Below are positions 1 to 11,039 of a stretch of 64,000 bases of DNA, in pieces (positions within the stretch are counted from its first letter, which is position 1; every line of letters begins with the position of its first letter). A program made the position numbers and the translations under genes. Under the pieces are notes generated by a model, which was given only the letters and a program-made list of their open reading frames with translations, was not told the origin of the DNA and ran no database searches. Source of the DNA: Anaerohalosphaeraceae bacterium (GTDB lineage: Bacteria > Planctomycetota > Phycisphaerae > Sedimentisphaerales > Anaerohalosphaeraceae); assembly GCA_963675525.2 (NCBI GenBank), contig CAXXSL010000013.1, positions 192,001 to 256,000 of the forward strand, written 5' to 3'.

Positions 1-667
1 CATTGCCGGAGTCATGGGGAAAATCCCTCCCAAGCTCGAACATAATCTTAAAATGGCTGACGAAGCCGTCAATCGACTGTCCAGTATCATCAGTGATTTT
101 CTGGATGTCTCCAAGCTCGACGTCGGGAAAATGAAACTGCATCAGGAGGTCCTCTGCGTCCAGACCGTCATGAATGAAATCGGCGAAATGGCCCGCTTCG
201 TAACCGGCAATAAACACATCCATTTTGACGTAAATTTGCCCTCGGATGATCTTTATATCTATGCGGATATTGAAAAGATCACGCGCATCATTAACAATCT
301 GATTGAAAACGCCGCAAAATTCGTACCCGAGGGGACCGGTGAAATCACCATGCGAGTGGAGGAAATCGGCGGCGACCGCATCGGCATCTTTGTCAAGGAT
401 AACGGTCCCGGCATCCCCGGCGATGATAAAGAAAAAATATTCGACCAGTTCGTACAGATCGAAAAACACGTCGGTCCCGGCAAACACGGAACCGGGCTGG
501 GTCTGTCGATCTGCCGCGAGTTGGTCCGGCTTCACTCCGGCCACATCTGGGTTGAAGACAATCCTGCAGGCGGAGCGATCTTTAAAATTCTTCTGCCTAA
601 ATGGGATGTCCAGGAAAATCGCTACGCCGTAACGGATGTCCTTCAGGAAGAAACCGTTACCGTATAG
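1..667 (+). CDS. Sensor histidine kinase, C-terminal part (5' end outside window)
   Basis: HATPase_c boxes: NLIENAAKF, VKDNGPGIP, IFDQF, GTGLGLSIC. The frame is open to the window edge. Confidence 0.9.
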   Translation, partial: IAGVMGKIPPKLEHNLKMADEAVNRLSSIISDFLDVSKLDVGKMKLHQEVLCVQTVMNEIGEMARFVTGNKHIHFDVNLPSDDLYIYADIEKITRIINNLIENAAKFVPEGTGEITMRVEEIGGDRIGIFVKDNGPGIPGDDKEKIFDQFVQIEKHVGPGKHGTGLGLSICRELVRLHSGHIWVEDNPAGGAIFKILLPKWDVQENRYAVTDVLQEETVTV

Positions 668-784
668 TTAATGCAGGATGTTGCCGGTTCCGGGCGCAAA
701 CCGACATGACAGGCAACCCTTAATTCACCTTTAATACCCACTCCTCAATGAATCGTGCCAAAATCGGAGTTTTGCCGGGTTTTC

Positions 785-797
785 TGCCATAATGGCA
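785..797. promoter_or_regulatory. Palindrome TGCCA-TAA-TGGCA, candidate upstream activator site of dnaK
   Basis: Perfect inverted repeat ~70 bp upstream of a sigma-54 site. The same motif occurs upstream of groES (16845-16857). Confidence 0.55.
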
Positions 798-864
798 TAT
801 CTGCTTTGTGTTCGATAATTTTTAAGTCCTTTCAATAGAAAGAGTTAAGATTATATTTTTTGTC

Positions 865-880
865 TGGCACGCTGATTGCA
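865..880 (+). promoter_or_regulatory. Sigma-54 (-24/-12) promoter of dnaK
   Basis: TGGCAC-GCTGA-TTGCA matches the TGGCAC-N5-TTGC consensus and lies 68 bp before the ATG. Confidence 0.85.
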
Positions 881-948
881 ATAATATTGAAAAGAGACAC
901 TATAACTTTGATATTTGAGATGAACAATCAATCATAGGAGTAAAAACA

Positions 949-2880
949 ATGGGTAAGATCATTGGAATTGACTTGGGAACAACCAACTCAGTCGTAGCCG
1001 TCATGGAAGGCTCAGCGCCGAAGGTTCTGATCAACGCGTCCGGAGCCCGGTTGACCGCCTCCGTAGTCGGCTTCACTGAAAAAGGTGAACGCCTGGTCGG
1101 ACAAACCGCCAAACACCAGCAGGTCACGAACCCGCAAAACACCGTTTATTCAATCAAACGGTTTATGGGACGCCGCCACAAAGAAGTCAGCAGCGAAGAA
1201 AAGATCGTCCCTTACAAAATTACAGGTGGTGCTGACGAACTGGTCAAGGTCGATGTCCGAGGTAAGGAATACACCCCGCCGGAGATTTCGGCCATGATTC
1301 TGCAGGACCTGAAAAAGACCGCCGAGGATTACCTCGGCGAAACCATTGAGCAGGCGGTCATTACCGTACCGGCCTACTTTAACGATGCCCAGCGCCAAGC
1401 CACCAAGGACGCCGGCAAGATCGCAGGCCTGAAGGTTGAACGCATCATCAACGAACCGACTGCCGCGGCACTGGCATACGGACTGGAAAAAAAGAAAAAC
1501 GAAAAAGTCGCCGTATTTGACTTCGGCGGCGGCACATTCGATATCTCGATCCTCGATATCGGCGATAACGTCTTTGAAGTACTCAGCACCAACGGCGATA
1601 CACATCTCGGCGGTGACGACCTCGACGAATTGCTGATGAACTACCTGGCCGATGAATTCAAAAAGACCGAAGGCATCGACCTGCGGACCGATCCGATGGC
1701 GCATCAGCGGCTGAAAGAGGCCGCTGAAAAGGCCAAATGTGAACTGAGCACGCAGGTCGAAACAGCCGTGAACCTGCCGTTTATCACAGCGGATGCTTCG
1801 GGCCCCAAACACCTGAATATCACCATTACTCGCAGCAAATTCGAGGCACTGGCCGAGCCGATCTTCGAGCGTCTGCGTCAGCCCTGCCTGAAAGCCATTC
1901 AGGACGCAAAGCTGAGTACCAGCCAAATCGCGGAAGTCCTGATGGTCGGCGGTTCAACCCGTATCCCGATGGTCCAGCAGATTGCCCAGGAGATCTTCGC
2001 TAAGGCCCCAAACAGAAGCATCAACCCGGACGAAGTGGTTGCAATGGGTGCAGCGGTTCAGGGCGCGGTGCTGGCAGGCGATGCCGGCGTCAAAGACATT
2101 CTGCTGTTGGACGTAACCCCCCTGTCGCTCGGTGTCGAGACACTGGGCGGCGTCTTAACCAAACTGATCGAACGCAACACCACGATCCCAACCAGCAAAA
2201 AGGAAGTCTTCTCGACCGCTGCCGACAGCCAGACCAGCGTGGATATCCACGTCCTGCAGGGCGAACGGGAATTTGCCCGCGACAACCGCACACTGGGCCG
2301 GTTCCAGTTAACGGATATCCCGCCCGCTCCGCGCGGTATGCCGCAGATTGAAGTCACATTCGACATTGACGCCAATGGCATTCTGAACGTCTCTGCCAAA
2401 GACCTTGGCACCGGAAAGGAACAGTCTATCAAAATTCAGTCCAGTTCGGGCCTAAGCGAAGACGAAGTCGAAAAGATGCAGAAAGACGCCGAGGCACACG
2501 CCGAAGAAGACAAAAAGCGTCGTGAGGTCGTCGATCTGAAAAACCAGGCCGACCAATTGGTCTATTCGACCGAAAAAACCCTCAAAGAGCACGGCGAAAA
2601 GGTTTCCGCCGAGATTCGCGGAAACATTGAAAGTGCCCTGAACAATCTCAAGGAAGCCGCTAAAGGGGACGACGGCGAAGCCATCAAACGAACGATGGAG
2701 AAACTGGGAGAAGCCTCTCAGGAACTGGGTAAAGTTCTCTATGAAGAAGCTGCCAAACAGCAGGCCGCACCGGGTGGTGCAGCACCGGAAACCGATCCCG
2801 GCCAGGCACCCGAAGGCGAGGTCCGCAGAAAAGGCGATGATGATGTGATTGACGCGGAATTTGAAGCAAAAGACAGCTAA
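949..2880 (+). CDS. dnaK: Chaperone DnaK (Hsp70)
   Basis: [33 protein letters not shown] and DAEFE motifs; SD AGGAG. Confidence 0.99.
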   Translation: MGKIIGIDLGTTNSVVAVMEGSAPKVLINASGARLTASVVGFTEKGERLVGQTAKHQQVTNPQNTVYSIKRFMGRRHKEVSSEEKIVPYKITGGADELVKVDVRGKEYTPPEISAMILQDLKKTAEDYLGETIEQAVITVPAYFNDAQRQATKDAGKIAGLKVERIINEPTAAALAYGLEKKKNEKVAVFDFGGGTFDISILDIGDNVFEVLSTNGDTHLGGDDLDELLMNYLADEFKKTEGIDLRTDPMAHQRLKEAAEKAKCELSTQVETAVNLPFITADASGPKHLNITITRSKFEALAEPIFERLRQPCLKAIQDAKLSTSQIAEVLMVGGSTRIPMVQQIAQEIFAKAPNRSINPDEVVAMGAAVQGAVLAGDAGVKDILLLDVTPLSLGVETLGGVLTKLIERNTTIPTSKKEVFSTAADSQTSVDIHVLQGEREFARDNRTLGRFQLTDIPPAPRGMPQIEVTFDIDANGILNVSAKDLGTGKEQSIKIQSSSGLSEDEVEKMQKDAEAHAEEDKKRREVVDLKNQADQLVYSTEKTLKEHGEKVSAEIRGNIESALNNLKEAAKGDDGEAIKRTMEKLGEASQELGKVLYEEAAKQQAAPGGAAPETDPGQAPEGEVRRKGDDDVIDAEFEAKDS

Positions 2881-2922
2881 GATTTGATTTCCTAATTCTG
2901 CTGCCAGTTTTACTCTGTTTTG

Positions 2923-2959
2923 AAGAGAGCCCCGTTTTACTATGGGGCTCTTTCTTTTT
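2923..2959 (+). terminator. Intrinsic terminator after dnaK
   Basis: AGAGCCCC...GGGGCTCT stem followed by a T-rich tract. Confidence 0.8.
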
Positions 2960-3112
2960 GTACAACTCTCGATCAAGATCGCTCTTATTCTGACAAAATA
3001 AATCTTATAATTTTTCACTTCCGACCGATAAAATGTCCGCTCTTTTGTTGACTTCCAACGTATAATGATGTTAAAGTGAACAAGTGAAAACCCCTTTTCA
3101 AGGAACAGAATT

Positions 3113-3490
3113 ATGGATTCAGGGACGATTAGTCTGAAAAAATCCGAAAATGGGTCGATGCGTCTTTATGTTTTCTCCCCCTCAAAGCACGACAGGCTCT
3201 ATCAACTCCAAATGGAAACCCTCTCCGACCGCCTGCCAACCCTGACCGACCACCAGATCACCATTGCCGAAGTCTTTGAGCATGAAACCGGACACATCGG
3301 CGAAGACGAACTGGGCGGAGAAAACTGCCATGGACTCCGGCAGCAGTTTCATATCATGCCCGGCCAGTTCAAAGTGGTTCTCGTCAGCGATTCGGCCGTC
3401 AAACTCAGTGCCGAGTCATGCATCTCTTGCGAAGAAGTCATCATGCGCATCGAAAACGAACCGCTCGAAACAAGATTTTCAGGCTTCTAA
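3113..3490 (+). CDS. DUF4174-like small protein
   Basis: R.LYVFSPS..D..YQ.Q ... LRQQF....GQFKVVLV pattern recalled for DUF4174. Confidence 0.6.
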   Translation: MDSGTISLKKSENGSMRLYVFSPSKHDRLYQLQMETLSDRLPTLTDHQITIAEVFEHETGHIGEDELGGENCHGLRQQFHIMPGQFKVVLVSDSAVKLSAESCISCEEVIMRIENEPLETRFSGF

Positions 3491-3728
3491 ACAAACTGTT
3501 TTGTCCTGTTGTATTACAAGCAAAACAGCGGTGTGGTAGTGTCGTTCCTTATAATTCAAGACGCTATATGGCAACAATAATCCAGGTCGTTCACGCTATT
3601 GTATCAACAATCCCTGCAAAACCCAAAACTCAGTACTATTCTCGATAATTATTTTTGGAATTGTAACATTCGAACGTTTGTGGTAGAATCCCCGAAATTC
3701 AGAGATTAACCTATTCAGGAGATAGATT

Positions 3729-3986
3729 ATGTGTGATAGTTGTGGGTGTGGGGAAAAAAGCTTTGAAGCCAAGGTCGCCGAAGTCATTGAATCCATCCGT
3801 CCGATGCTGCAGAATGACGGGGGAGACATTGAACTGGTCGGTGTTGACGAGGATAAAACCGTTCGTGTTCGCCTGCAGGGAGCCTGCAAAGGCTGCCCCG
3901 GTGCTGCGATGACGCTGAAGATGGGCGTCGAGCGCATGCTCAAACAACACATCAGCGATGTCAAAGAAGTAGTGGCAGTGAATTAG
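3729..3986 (+). CDS. NifU C-terminal domain (NfuA-like) Fe-S carrier
   Basis: IRPMLQNDGGDIELV ... LQGACKGCP; short Cys-rich N-terminus MCDSCGCG. Confidence 0.92.
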   Translation: MCDSCGCGEKSFEAKVAEVIESIRPMLQNDGGDIELVGVDEDKTVRVRLQGACKGCPGAAMTLKMGVERMLKQHISDVKEVVAVN

Positions 3987-4089
3987 TCTGACACGAGCGA
4001 GGCAGATTCAGCACAAATCACAAATATGTGTCCAATCTATATACATAATACTATCTATGCAAATAACTGTAGGAAATAATTTGTAGATT

Positions 4090-5817
4090 GTGTTATCAGT
4101 TCACGGAGGTTTTTTGACGCGTTCCGTATCTCATAAAAAAGTAAAAAAGGAAGACACGGTTGCTCCCCCTGAAATACGGGGCCGGTTGTTCACTCGAAAA
4201 GATGCTTTACTCATTTTGATCGTCGTATTAATAAGTTTGACACTCAATTTGATAGGGTTCGGATGGGGGATGGATGGACAGGTACCCTGGGAACCCGACG
4301 CAATAGAAGGTATTACAACCGTTCGAGAAATGCCAAAGTTATTTGATAAATGGACTTATAAATACCCGCGCATGCAGTTTTTGATTGACGGACTTTGTTA
4401 TAAGCCCTGGATCAAACATTGGGAAAAGAACCCTGTCTATGCGCAAAATAACGGCCGCCAACAAAAGCAGATCTTTACTTTGGAGAGATTAAATGTATTA
4501 GCCGCAATATCAAGAATCAATACTCTGCTGATGTCCATTATTATCGTTATATTTATCTATCTGATCGCCAAATTTTATTATGCCGACTCACTCTCTGCCT
4601 TTTTTGCTTCATTGTCCCTTGCTGTCTGTTTCCTGTTCGTTTATTACAGCCACATGACATGTGTTGACATTCCCTCGATGCTGTGGATCACCCTGGGGGT
4701 TTATTATCTAATCAGAAGCGTCTATCTGAACAAGATATTCGACCATGTTCTCATGGCACTGTTTTTCGCTTTTGCATCCTGCACCAAGGACGCAATGCTT
4801 TTTTATGCCGTTGCCTTTGCAATAGCTTATGCGGGAATGCAACTGCATCGCCTTCACGAGCAGGGAACCTCTTTGAGCAGGTCTCTATATTCGATCGTCA
4901 ACAGAAATACGGTACTGGCGATTATCATGTTTTTGTTTATTTTTGCGCTATTACAAAATATAGTTATTTCTCCAAAGGCCTACTGGGAGCGTATGGGCGT
5001 CTGGATCGGAGGACGCGGGGTTAAGGATTTTAACCAAAACTTCAAAGGGCAGTGGCATCTTCTCTGGACGACGTTAAAGATGTTTTATGCGACAATCGGC
5101 TGGCCTTTAATTGCGTTGATGCTGATCTCCCTGGTCTACACGATTCGAAAACATCGTTTTTTTAACGTATTGATCATCCTGTTTCCGCTGGCCTTTTTTT
5201 ATATCTTCGTTTCGATGCGGATCAAGATGTCGTTTATACGATATTATCTGCCGGTGATGGGATTGTTGTTTCTTCCGGCCGGAGCAATGATTTCTGACAT
5301 CCTTGCCATTGAAAAGAAACGATTATCCAGAGTTTTAATATCACTCGTGTCGGTCGTTTTCGTTTTATCATTCCTTTTTTGCATTGCACTGGATTTCGAA
5401 TTGATCAATGACTCCAGAAATCTGACCGCGGATTGGTTTAAAGCCAATGTTAGCAAAAACACACCGGTTCTTTCGCTAATCAAACGACCTTACGGTCCAA
5501 ATCTGGAAAAGCATGGATATCCGATGATTGAAAATTGGAATGTCCCGTCCCTGGGGATATTGCTTCAAAACAAGGAACGTCTTCCAAATTATCTGGTCCT
5601 ATCCAACAATTGGTCCACGATCAACTCAAAAGAAGCAATGGAATTCAGAAATGCGCTGCTTAAAGATGAAGGCGGGTATTTAAAAGTCGCTCAATTCAGC
5701 AGCAAAGGTTATCTGAATCCTCGGAAAAACTTCTTGTCTGTTGCTTGCTGGCCGCTGAAATCGTATCTCGGTATCAGTCCGGCAACGATGGTCTACAAAA
5801 AAGATTCGCAACCGTAG
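4090..5817 (+). CDS. Polytopic GT-C fold glycosyltransferase (GT39/PMT/ArnT-like)
   Basis: ~11 TM helices, acidic W-EPD motif after TM1, RYYLP motif and soluble C-terminal domain; lower GC. Start codon uncertain. Confidence 0.7.
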   Translation: MLSVHGGFLTRSVSHKKVKKEDTVAPPEIRGRLFTRKDALLILIVVLISLTLNLIGFGWGMDGQVPWEPDAIEGITTVREMPKLFDKWTYKYPRMQFLIDGLCYKPWIKHWEKNPVYAQNNGRQQKQIFTLERLNVLAAISRINTLLMSIIIVIFIYLIAKFYYADSLSAFFASLSLAVCFLFVYYSHMTCVDIPSMLWITLGVYYLIRSVYLNKIFDHVLMALFFAFASCTKDAMLFYAVAFAIAYAGMQLHRLHEQGTSLSRSLYSIVNRNTVLAIIMFLFIFALLQNIVISPKAYWERMGVWIGGRGVKDFNQNFKGQWHLLWTTLKMFYATIGWPLIALMLISLVYTIRKHRFFNVLIILFPLAFFYIFVSMRIKMSFIRYYLPVMGLLFLPAGAMISDILAIEKKRLSRVLISLVSVVFVLSFLFCIALDFELINDSRNLTADWFKANVSKNTPVLSLIKRPYGPNLEKHGYPMIENWNVPSLGILLQNKERLPNYLVLSNNWSTINSKEAMEFRNALLKDEGGYLKVAQFSSKGYLNPRKNFLSVACWPLKSYLGISPATMVYKKDSQP

Positions 5818-5827
5818 ATGGCCGGTT

Positions 5828-6892
5828 CTAATTACTCAATATCGACAGGATTGTTTCTCTGTTCGGCCGCTCGATGACTCCCTTTTCGGTAATGATCGCG
5901 GTAATATTTTCGGCCCCGGTCACATCGAAGGCCGGATTGTAGACATTGATCCCCTCCGGGGCGACGATCGCTTGTCCAAAAGCACGGACCTCATCGGCAC
6001 TGCGTTCTTCTATGGGGATTTGGGTGCCGTTTTCAATCGACAGATCGAATGTGCTGGACGGAGCCGCAATATAAAATGGGATACCGTAGTGTTTGGCCAG
6101 GATACTCAGTCCCAGCGTGCCGATCTTATTGGCCGCATCCCCGTTGGCGGCGATGCGGTCGGCTCCGGTGATGACCGTATCGATCTTGCCCTGTTGCATC
6201 AGCGAGGCGGCCATATTGTCGCAAATCAGAACCGCATTGATCCCGGCTTGGGTCAGTTCCCACGCCGTCAGCCGTGCTCCCTGCAGCAAGGGGCGGGTTT
6301 CATCAACATACACCCTGAATCGTTTGCCGTCTTTATGAGCGACATACATCGGCGCCAGTGCCGTTCCCATCCCCGCCGTGGCCAGCGCTCCGGCGTTACA
6401 ATGCGTCAGCACCGCCCCGCCATCCGGAATCAACGGCGCGCCGTTTTGACCGATGGCCTCGCACATCGCCTTGTCTTCGGCACAGATCGCATGGGCTTCT
6501 TCGAGCAGGCACTGCTTAAGGGATTCAACGGTCCTGTCGGGATCTTGACCAACAAACGCTTCGGCTTTTCGCCGCATACGATCCAGAGCCCAGAACAGAT
6601 TCACTGCCGTAGGTCGACTTGTGCCCAGGTAGTCACATGCCTTGCCGATTGTTTCAAGCGATTTTGAAAGGGACAACTCCGGTGACATTTGCTGTGCGGC
6701 AATACATACCCCATACCCTGCGGCCACACCAATAGCCGGGGCACCGCGAACAGCGAGGGTCTGTATCGCTTCAAAGAGCTGCTCCGGCGTGGTGCATTGA
6801 ACTGTTTGAAACTGACCGGGGAGCAACCGCTGATCGATCAGTTCCAGACAACCGTCCGTGCCGCCAATCCATTTGAGTGTATCAAACTGCAT
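5828..6892 (-). CDS. mtnA: S-methyl-5-thioribose-1-phosphate isomerase
   Basis: VRGAPAIG, RPTAVNLFWA, THCNAGALAT, ETRPLLQGARLT, NKIGT. Confidence 0.97.
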   Translation of the reverse strand: MQFDTLKWIGGTDGCLELIDQRLLPGQFQTVQCTTPEQLFEAIQTLAVRGAPAIGVAAGYGVCIAAQQMSPELSLSKSLETIGKACDYLGTSRPTAVNLFWALDRMRRKAEAFVGQDPDRTVESLKQCLLEEAHAICAEDKAMCEAIGQNGAPLIPDGGAVLTHCNAGALATAGMGTALAPMYVAHKDGKRFRVYVDETRPLLQGARLTAWELTQAGINAVLICDNMAASLMQQGKIDTVITGADRIAANGDAANKIGTLGLSILAKHYGIPFYIAAPSSTFDLSIENGTQIPIEERSADEVRAFGQAIVAPEGINVYNPAFDVTGAENITAIITEKGVIERPNRETILSILSN

Positions 6893-7004
6893 ATAACACC
6901 CCGAATCATCTGAATTATTTCACGTAATGTTCTGATATTGAATGTATTATGCGAAAGATTCCATGAAAATCAAGGATCGAGATGCTTTCAATCCAAATAT
7001 ACCC

Positions 7005-8533
7005 TTAATATTTTCTGTCCAGACGGCGGTACTGGATCGCCTCGGCAATATGATCGGGCTGGATATGCTCCTGATTTTCAATGTCGGCAATCGTCCGGGC
7101 AACCTTGCAGATCTTATCGTGGGCACGGGCCGAAAGCGAAAACTCCATCAGCGCCTGCCGAAGTAATTGCTCGGCGCTGTCGCTGAGCTGGCAGAACTTT
7201 TCGACCTGCCGGTGAGGCATGGTCGCATTGGTTTTGGTGCTGTCGCCAAACCGCTGGAACTGTCTTTGGCGGGCCCTGTCAACATGGCCGCGTAACTGCT
7301 CCGAACCGGTACCGTTATGACCCCGACTGCGAAGTTTGCGAAACTCCACCGGCGGCACCTCGATATGGATATCGATCCGGTCCAGCAGTGGACCGGATAT
7401 CTTGGCCAGATATCGCTCGATCTGATTCGGTGTGCAGCGGCACTTTTTCGCATACGTCCCGAAGTATCCGCACGGACAGGGATTCATCGCCGCCATCATG
7501 ATAAACTGAGCCGGAAAACACAGCGTTCCTCTCGCGCGGGAGATCGTCACGGTTCCCTCCTCCAGCGGCTGACGGATCATCTCGAGCACATGACGAGGAA
7601 ACTCGGCAAACTCATCCAGGAACAGGATGCCGTGATGGGCCAGGCTCAACTCACCCGGGCGTGGATGCGTACCGCCGCCAACCAATGCCGGACCGGACGC
7701 GGTATGGTGCGGGGTTCGAACCGGCCGGGCCGCAACCAGCGCGTTACCCTTCTGCAAAAGACCGACGGACGAATAGATACGTGTCGTCTGAAGCGATTCG
7801 GACAGCGTCATTTGCGGCAGGATCGTCGCCATCCGGTGCGCCAGCATCGTTTTGCCAACTCCCGGCGGGCCGATCATCATCACATTATGCGCCCCGGCCG
7901 CGGCAATCGTTAACGCCCGCTTAACACTTTCCTGGCCCTTTACATCAGAAAAATCCACCTCGTATTCTTTCGTTCGGTCGAACAGGGCCTCGACATCGAC
8001 ACTGACCGCCTCAATATCAAGCCTCTCCGACAAAAATGCCACAGCCTGAGCCAACGAGCCGATTGCGTACACCTCAATATCCTGAACGACTGCCGCCTCC
8101 GACGCATTATCCAACGGCACCAGAATCCCCCTAAAACCATGCTTGGCCGCAGTCATCGCCATACTGAGTACCCCGTTGACGGGACGAACCCGGCCATCCA
8201 GCGCTAATTCACCGACGACCACAAAATCACCCAGTTTGTCGCTGACCATCGCCCCGGAACAGACCAGCATTCCCAATGCGATCGGCAGATCAAAAGCAGG
8301 ACCTTCTTTTTTGACATCGGCAGGTGCCAAATTGATGAGGGCTTCGGTGTCGGGATAACGAAATCCGGAATTGACGATGGCACTGCGAACACGTTCGGCA
8401 CTTTCCTTGACCGCGGCATCCGGCAGACCAACAATTGTCGCCGGTCAAAACCGCCCCGTGAAACATCTACCTCTACCTCGCAGAGAAGCCCTTCAATTCC
8501 TTCCAATGTCACCGAAAACAGCTTTGCCAGCAT
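7005..8533 (-). CDS. comM: YifB/ComM Mg-chelatase-like AAA+ ATPase; one frameshift near 8445
   Basis: The N-terminus MLAKLFSVTLEGIEG..VEVDVSRG joins IVGLPDAAVKES..INLAPAD in another frame; GPPGVGKT, PHHTAS, LFLDEF and LDRIDI motifs. Confidence 0.9.
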
Positions 8534-8678
8534 GAATCACCTCTTCTTTCGCCCTTAATACTACGTGTATGATAATCAGGATTATAGGAAACCACTCCTG
8601 ACCCGGCAAGGTTTTTTCGCGAAAATGTCCCTGCCGGATAATCCAGTGTATTAGAAAATGGAAATGTTTGGCTGCTGC

Positions 8679-9047
8679 CTACCTGTTTCTGTAATGTGCC
8701 ATGTATTGTGTGATCTTCATATTTTCATTGAGGATCAGCACCACCGCCACATAAATACCGGTCGTCGAGTCAAAGCAGACAACGATACTTTCCGCCCCGG
8801 CGAAAACCTCTCCCAAGGTAAAATGCAGGTTCGGCGAGCGCTTCAGTGCCGCCGCAAAAAATTCTCTTAATTCGTCCTTGTCCTTGATGGCATGAGAAAC
8901 CGAACCAAACAGCATCGTTAATTTAGGTGTGATATGGCAGATCGAGTCCGCGTAAAGGGCCATAATCCTGTCAATATCGTGACTGTTCCATGAATCGATC
9001 CACTCTTCAGCATACCGCTGAGCTTCTTTCGGGTCTATCATATCCAC
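8679..9047 (-). CDS. SnoaL-like / NTF2-family protein
   Basis: WIDSWNSHDIDRIMALYAD ... LREFF..AL...PNLHF. Confidence 0.85.
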   Translation of the reverse strand: MDMIDPKEAQRYAEEWIDSWNSHDIDRIMALYADSICHITPKLTMLFGSVSHAIKDKDELREFFAAALKRSPNLHFTLGEVFAGAESIVVCFDSTTGIYVAVVLILNENMKITQYMAHYRNR

Positions 9048-9300
9048 AACTCCATAAATCGGATTTCGTGTGAGATTCCGTTCTTCATGCGACGAGACAG
9101 TATAGTCTCCTGACAGCCCGGCTTCAATGTTCGATGCCTCAAAAAGTCAAAAAATGTTCTTTTGAAGCTTATTAAACAAAAATAAGGCTTTTTTATGCGT
9201 TGATTAAGGATTGAAAATAACTAAAAATTGCCTTCACAGTACTGATATTCGCTTTTTTTAAAAAAACTTGCAAAAAAGTCTTAATTTCTAAAGTTTTTCA

Positions 9301-9473
9301 TTGGCATGAAACGATATTAACAGTATAATAAGCGTTGGATTTATAGCTCTTTTTCTTCTTATAGCTCTATGTGTTTCTTCGGAAGCTGGGCCTGTCAGAT
9401 CGATATTTGTGATATATTTGTTTAACGTAAGACAGCTCAGTAAAGCCGGTATTGCAAAATACCGGCTTTTTTT
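9301..9473 (+). ncRNA. Candidate ~140-nt sRNA with its promoter and terminator
   Basis: TTGGCA-N17-TATAAT at 9301-9329, a GCAA-loop terminator at 9442-9473 and no convincing ORF between them. Confidence 0.4.
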
Positions 9474-9563
9474 CTGCGCACAGGAAGCTCTATTTCGATA
9501 TTCAGGGAACGGCCCATCCAAGATGTACACTCGCACTACAGAATATCACATGCACACTAACCG

Positions 9564-9785
9564 CTAAGAGGCAGCTTTTTTTCGTTCGGATGTAACAACC
9601 GCTGCCAAAAGGATATGACGAAGCTTTTCGACGTCCAGGCTTTTCAGGTACTCTTCTGTAAAGTCCATTCTTATCAACCCGTCAAAATGCAGCAGGCGTT
9701 CAATAATTTCAGTCTTATTTAATGAGGTTATATATGCACAATACTGTTCAAACGACAGACTCGGGGCCATGGTTTTCCACTCCAA
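9564..9785 (-). CDS. Small hypothetical protein
   Basis: 73-aa ORF with protein-like composition (MDFTEEYLKSLDVEKLRHILLAA). Confidence 0.7.
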   Translation of the reverse strand: MEWKTMAPSLSFEQYCAYITSLNKTEIIERLLHFDGLIRMDFTEEYLKSLDVEKLRHILLAAVVTSERKKAAS

Positions 9786-9964
9786 AATAAAATCCTGTAT
9801 CCATTGGGAGTATCGGAAATTTTCAATACGTCATTTACGTCTTTCTAAATAAAATTTAGCGAATGTTTCCAACCGCGGCCGCTCTACTTATATCTACGTT
9901 AACCGATTCTTTCGGGTCAGACATTTCCTTTGAAAACAGCCGCCAAGTCTGTTATTTTCGGGTC

Positions 9965-11017
9965 ATGAAAACAGACGACCTCAAATACGACCTGCCGGAA
10001 GAACTGATCGCCCAGTCGCCCGCCTCAAAAGCGTAAACTGTCGCGGTTGCTGGTTGTGGACCGCTCACAGGACTCGCTGTCGGACTGCCTTTTCAGCGAT
10101 CTGCCCGACTATCTCAGGAGCGGCGATTGCCTGGTGCTCAATAATACCAAGGTGCTCCCGGCTCGATTCTATGCGCAAAAGCCGACGGGCGCTCAACTTG
10201 AGGGGCTGTTCCTGGTTGAAGAGGCTCCCGGAACGTGGCAGGTGTTGTTGAAAAACTCGCGGAAGATCAGGTCCGGCGATACGCTTGAACTGCTGGACCG
10301 CCATCACAAGCCGTGGTGTGTCGGGCTGTCGCGCACAAAAGCCAAACGCCGGGACAGTGGCTGCTGCAGCCCCAAACAAAAACGGATGCATTGAGCTGCC
10401 TGGAGCAAATCGGGCTTGCTCCCCTCCCGCCATATATCAAACGCACTGCCGACGATGCGCATCTTCAGGAAGACCTGGATCGTTATCAGACCGTTTATGC
10501 CGCCCAGCCCGGCGCGGTGGCCGCGCCGACCGCGGGCCTGCATTTTGACAAAGCGATGTTGGAGCAAATTCAGCAGATGGGTGTTCGGATCGCCTATGTC
10601 ACCCTGCACGTCGGCATCGGCACCTTCCGGCCGGTGCAAACCGAAACGCTGGACGAACACCCCATGCACGAGGAACGCTACGAGATCGCCCCGGTCGCCG
10701 CCGAAACGATCAATCGGACCGTTCAGGCAGACGGACGGATCATCGCTGTCGGTACCACATCCGTCCGGACACTCGAATCGGTCGCTGCAGATCAAAGCGT
10801 CCGAGCCGAAAAAGGAAAGACAAAATTATTCATCCAGCCGGGGTATGAATACAAGATCGTCGATGCCATGGTCACCAATTTCCACCTGCCCAAATCAACC
10901 CTGCTGGCATTGGTCGGTGCTTTCGCCGGAATGGACAGAACCCAGAACGCCTACCGCCACGCCATCGAAAACAAGTACCGCTTCTACTCCTACGGTGACG
11001 CCATGCTTATCCTGTAA
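9965..11017 (+). CDS. queA: S-adenosylmethionine:tRNA ribosyltransferase-isomerase; frameshifts near 10030 and 10320
   Basis: MKTDDLKYDLPEELIAQ / LVLNNTKVLPAR / PLPPYIKR, YQTVYA, AAPTAGLHF, VGTTSVR, YRFYSYGDAM spread over three segments. Confidence 0.95.
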
Positions 11018-11039
11018 TGGGTAAAAATTGTTTAAACAG

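Noticed and set aside
680..720. GGGCGCAAACC hairpin as a c-di-GMP-I riboswitch
   Set aside because: The GGCAAA/GNRA-receptor P2 architecture is absent, and it lies upstream of the predicted dnaK promoter.
700..948. CIRCE or CtsR operator before dnaK (and before groES)
   Set aside because: No TTAGCACTC-N9-GAGTGCTAA or GGTCAAA heptad repeats were seen.
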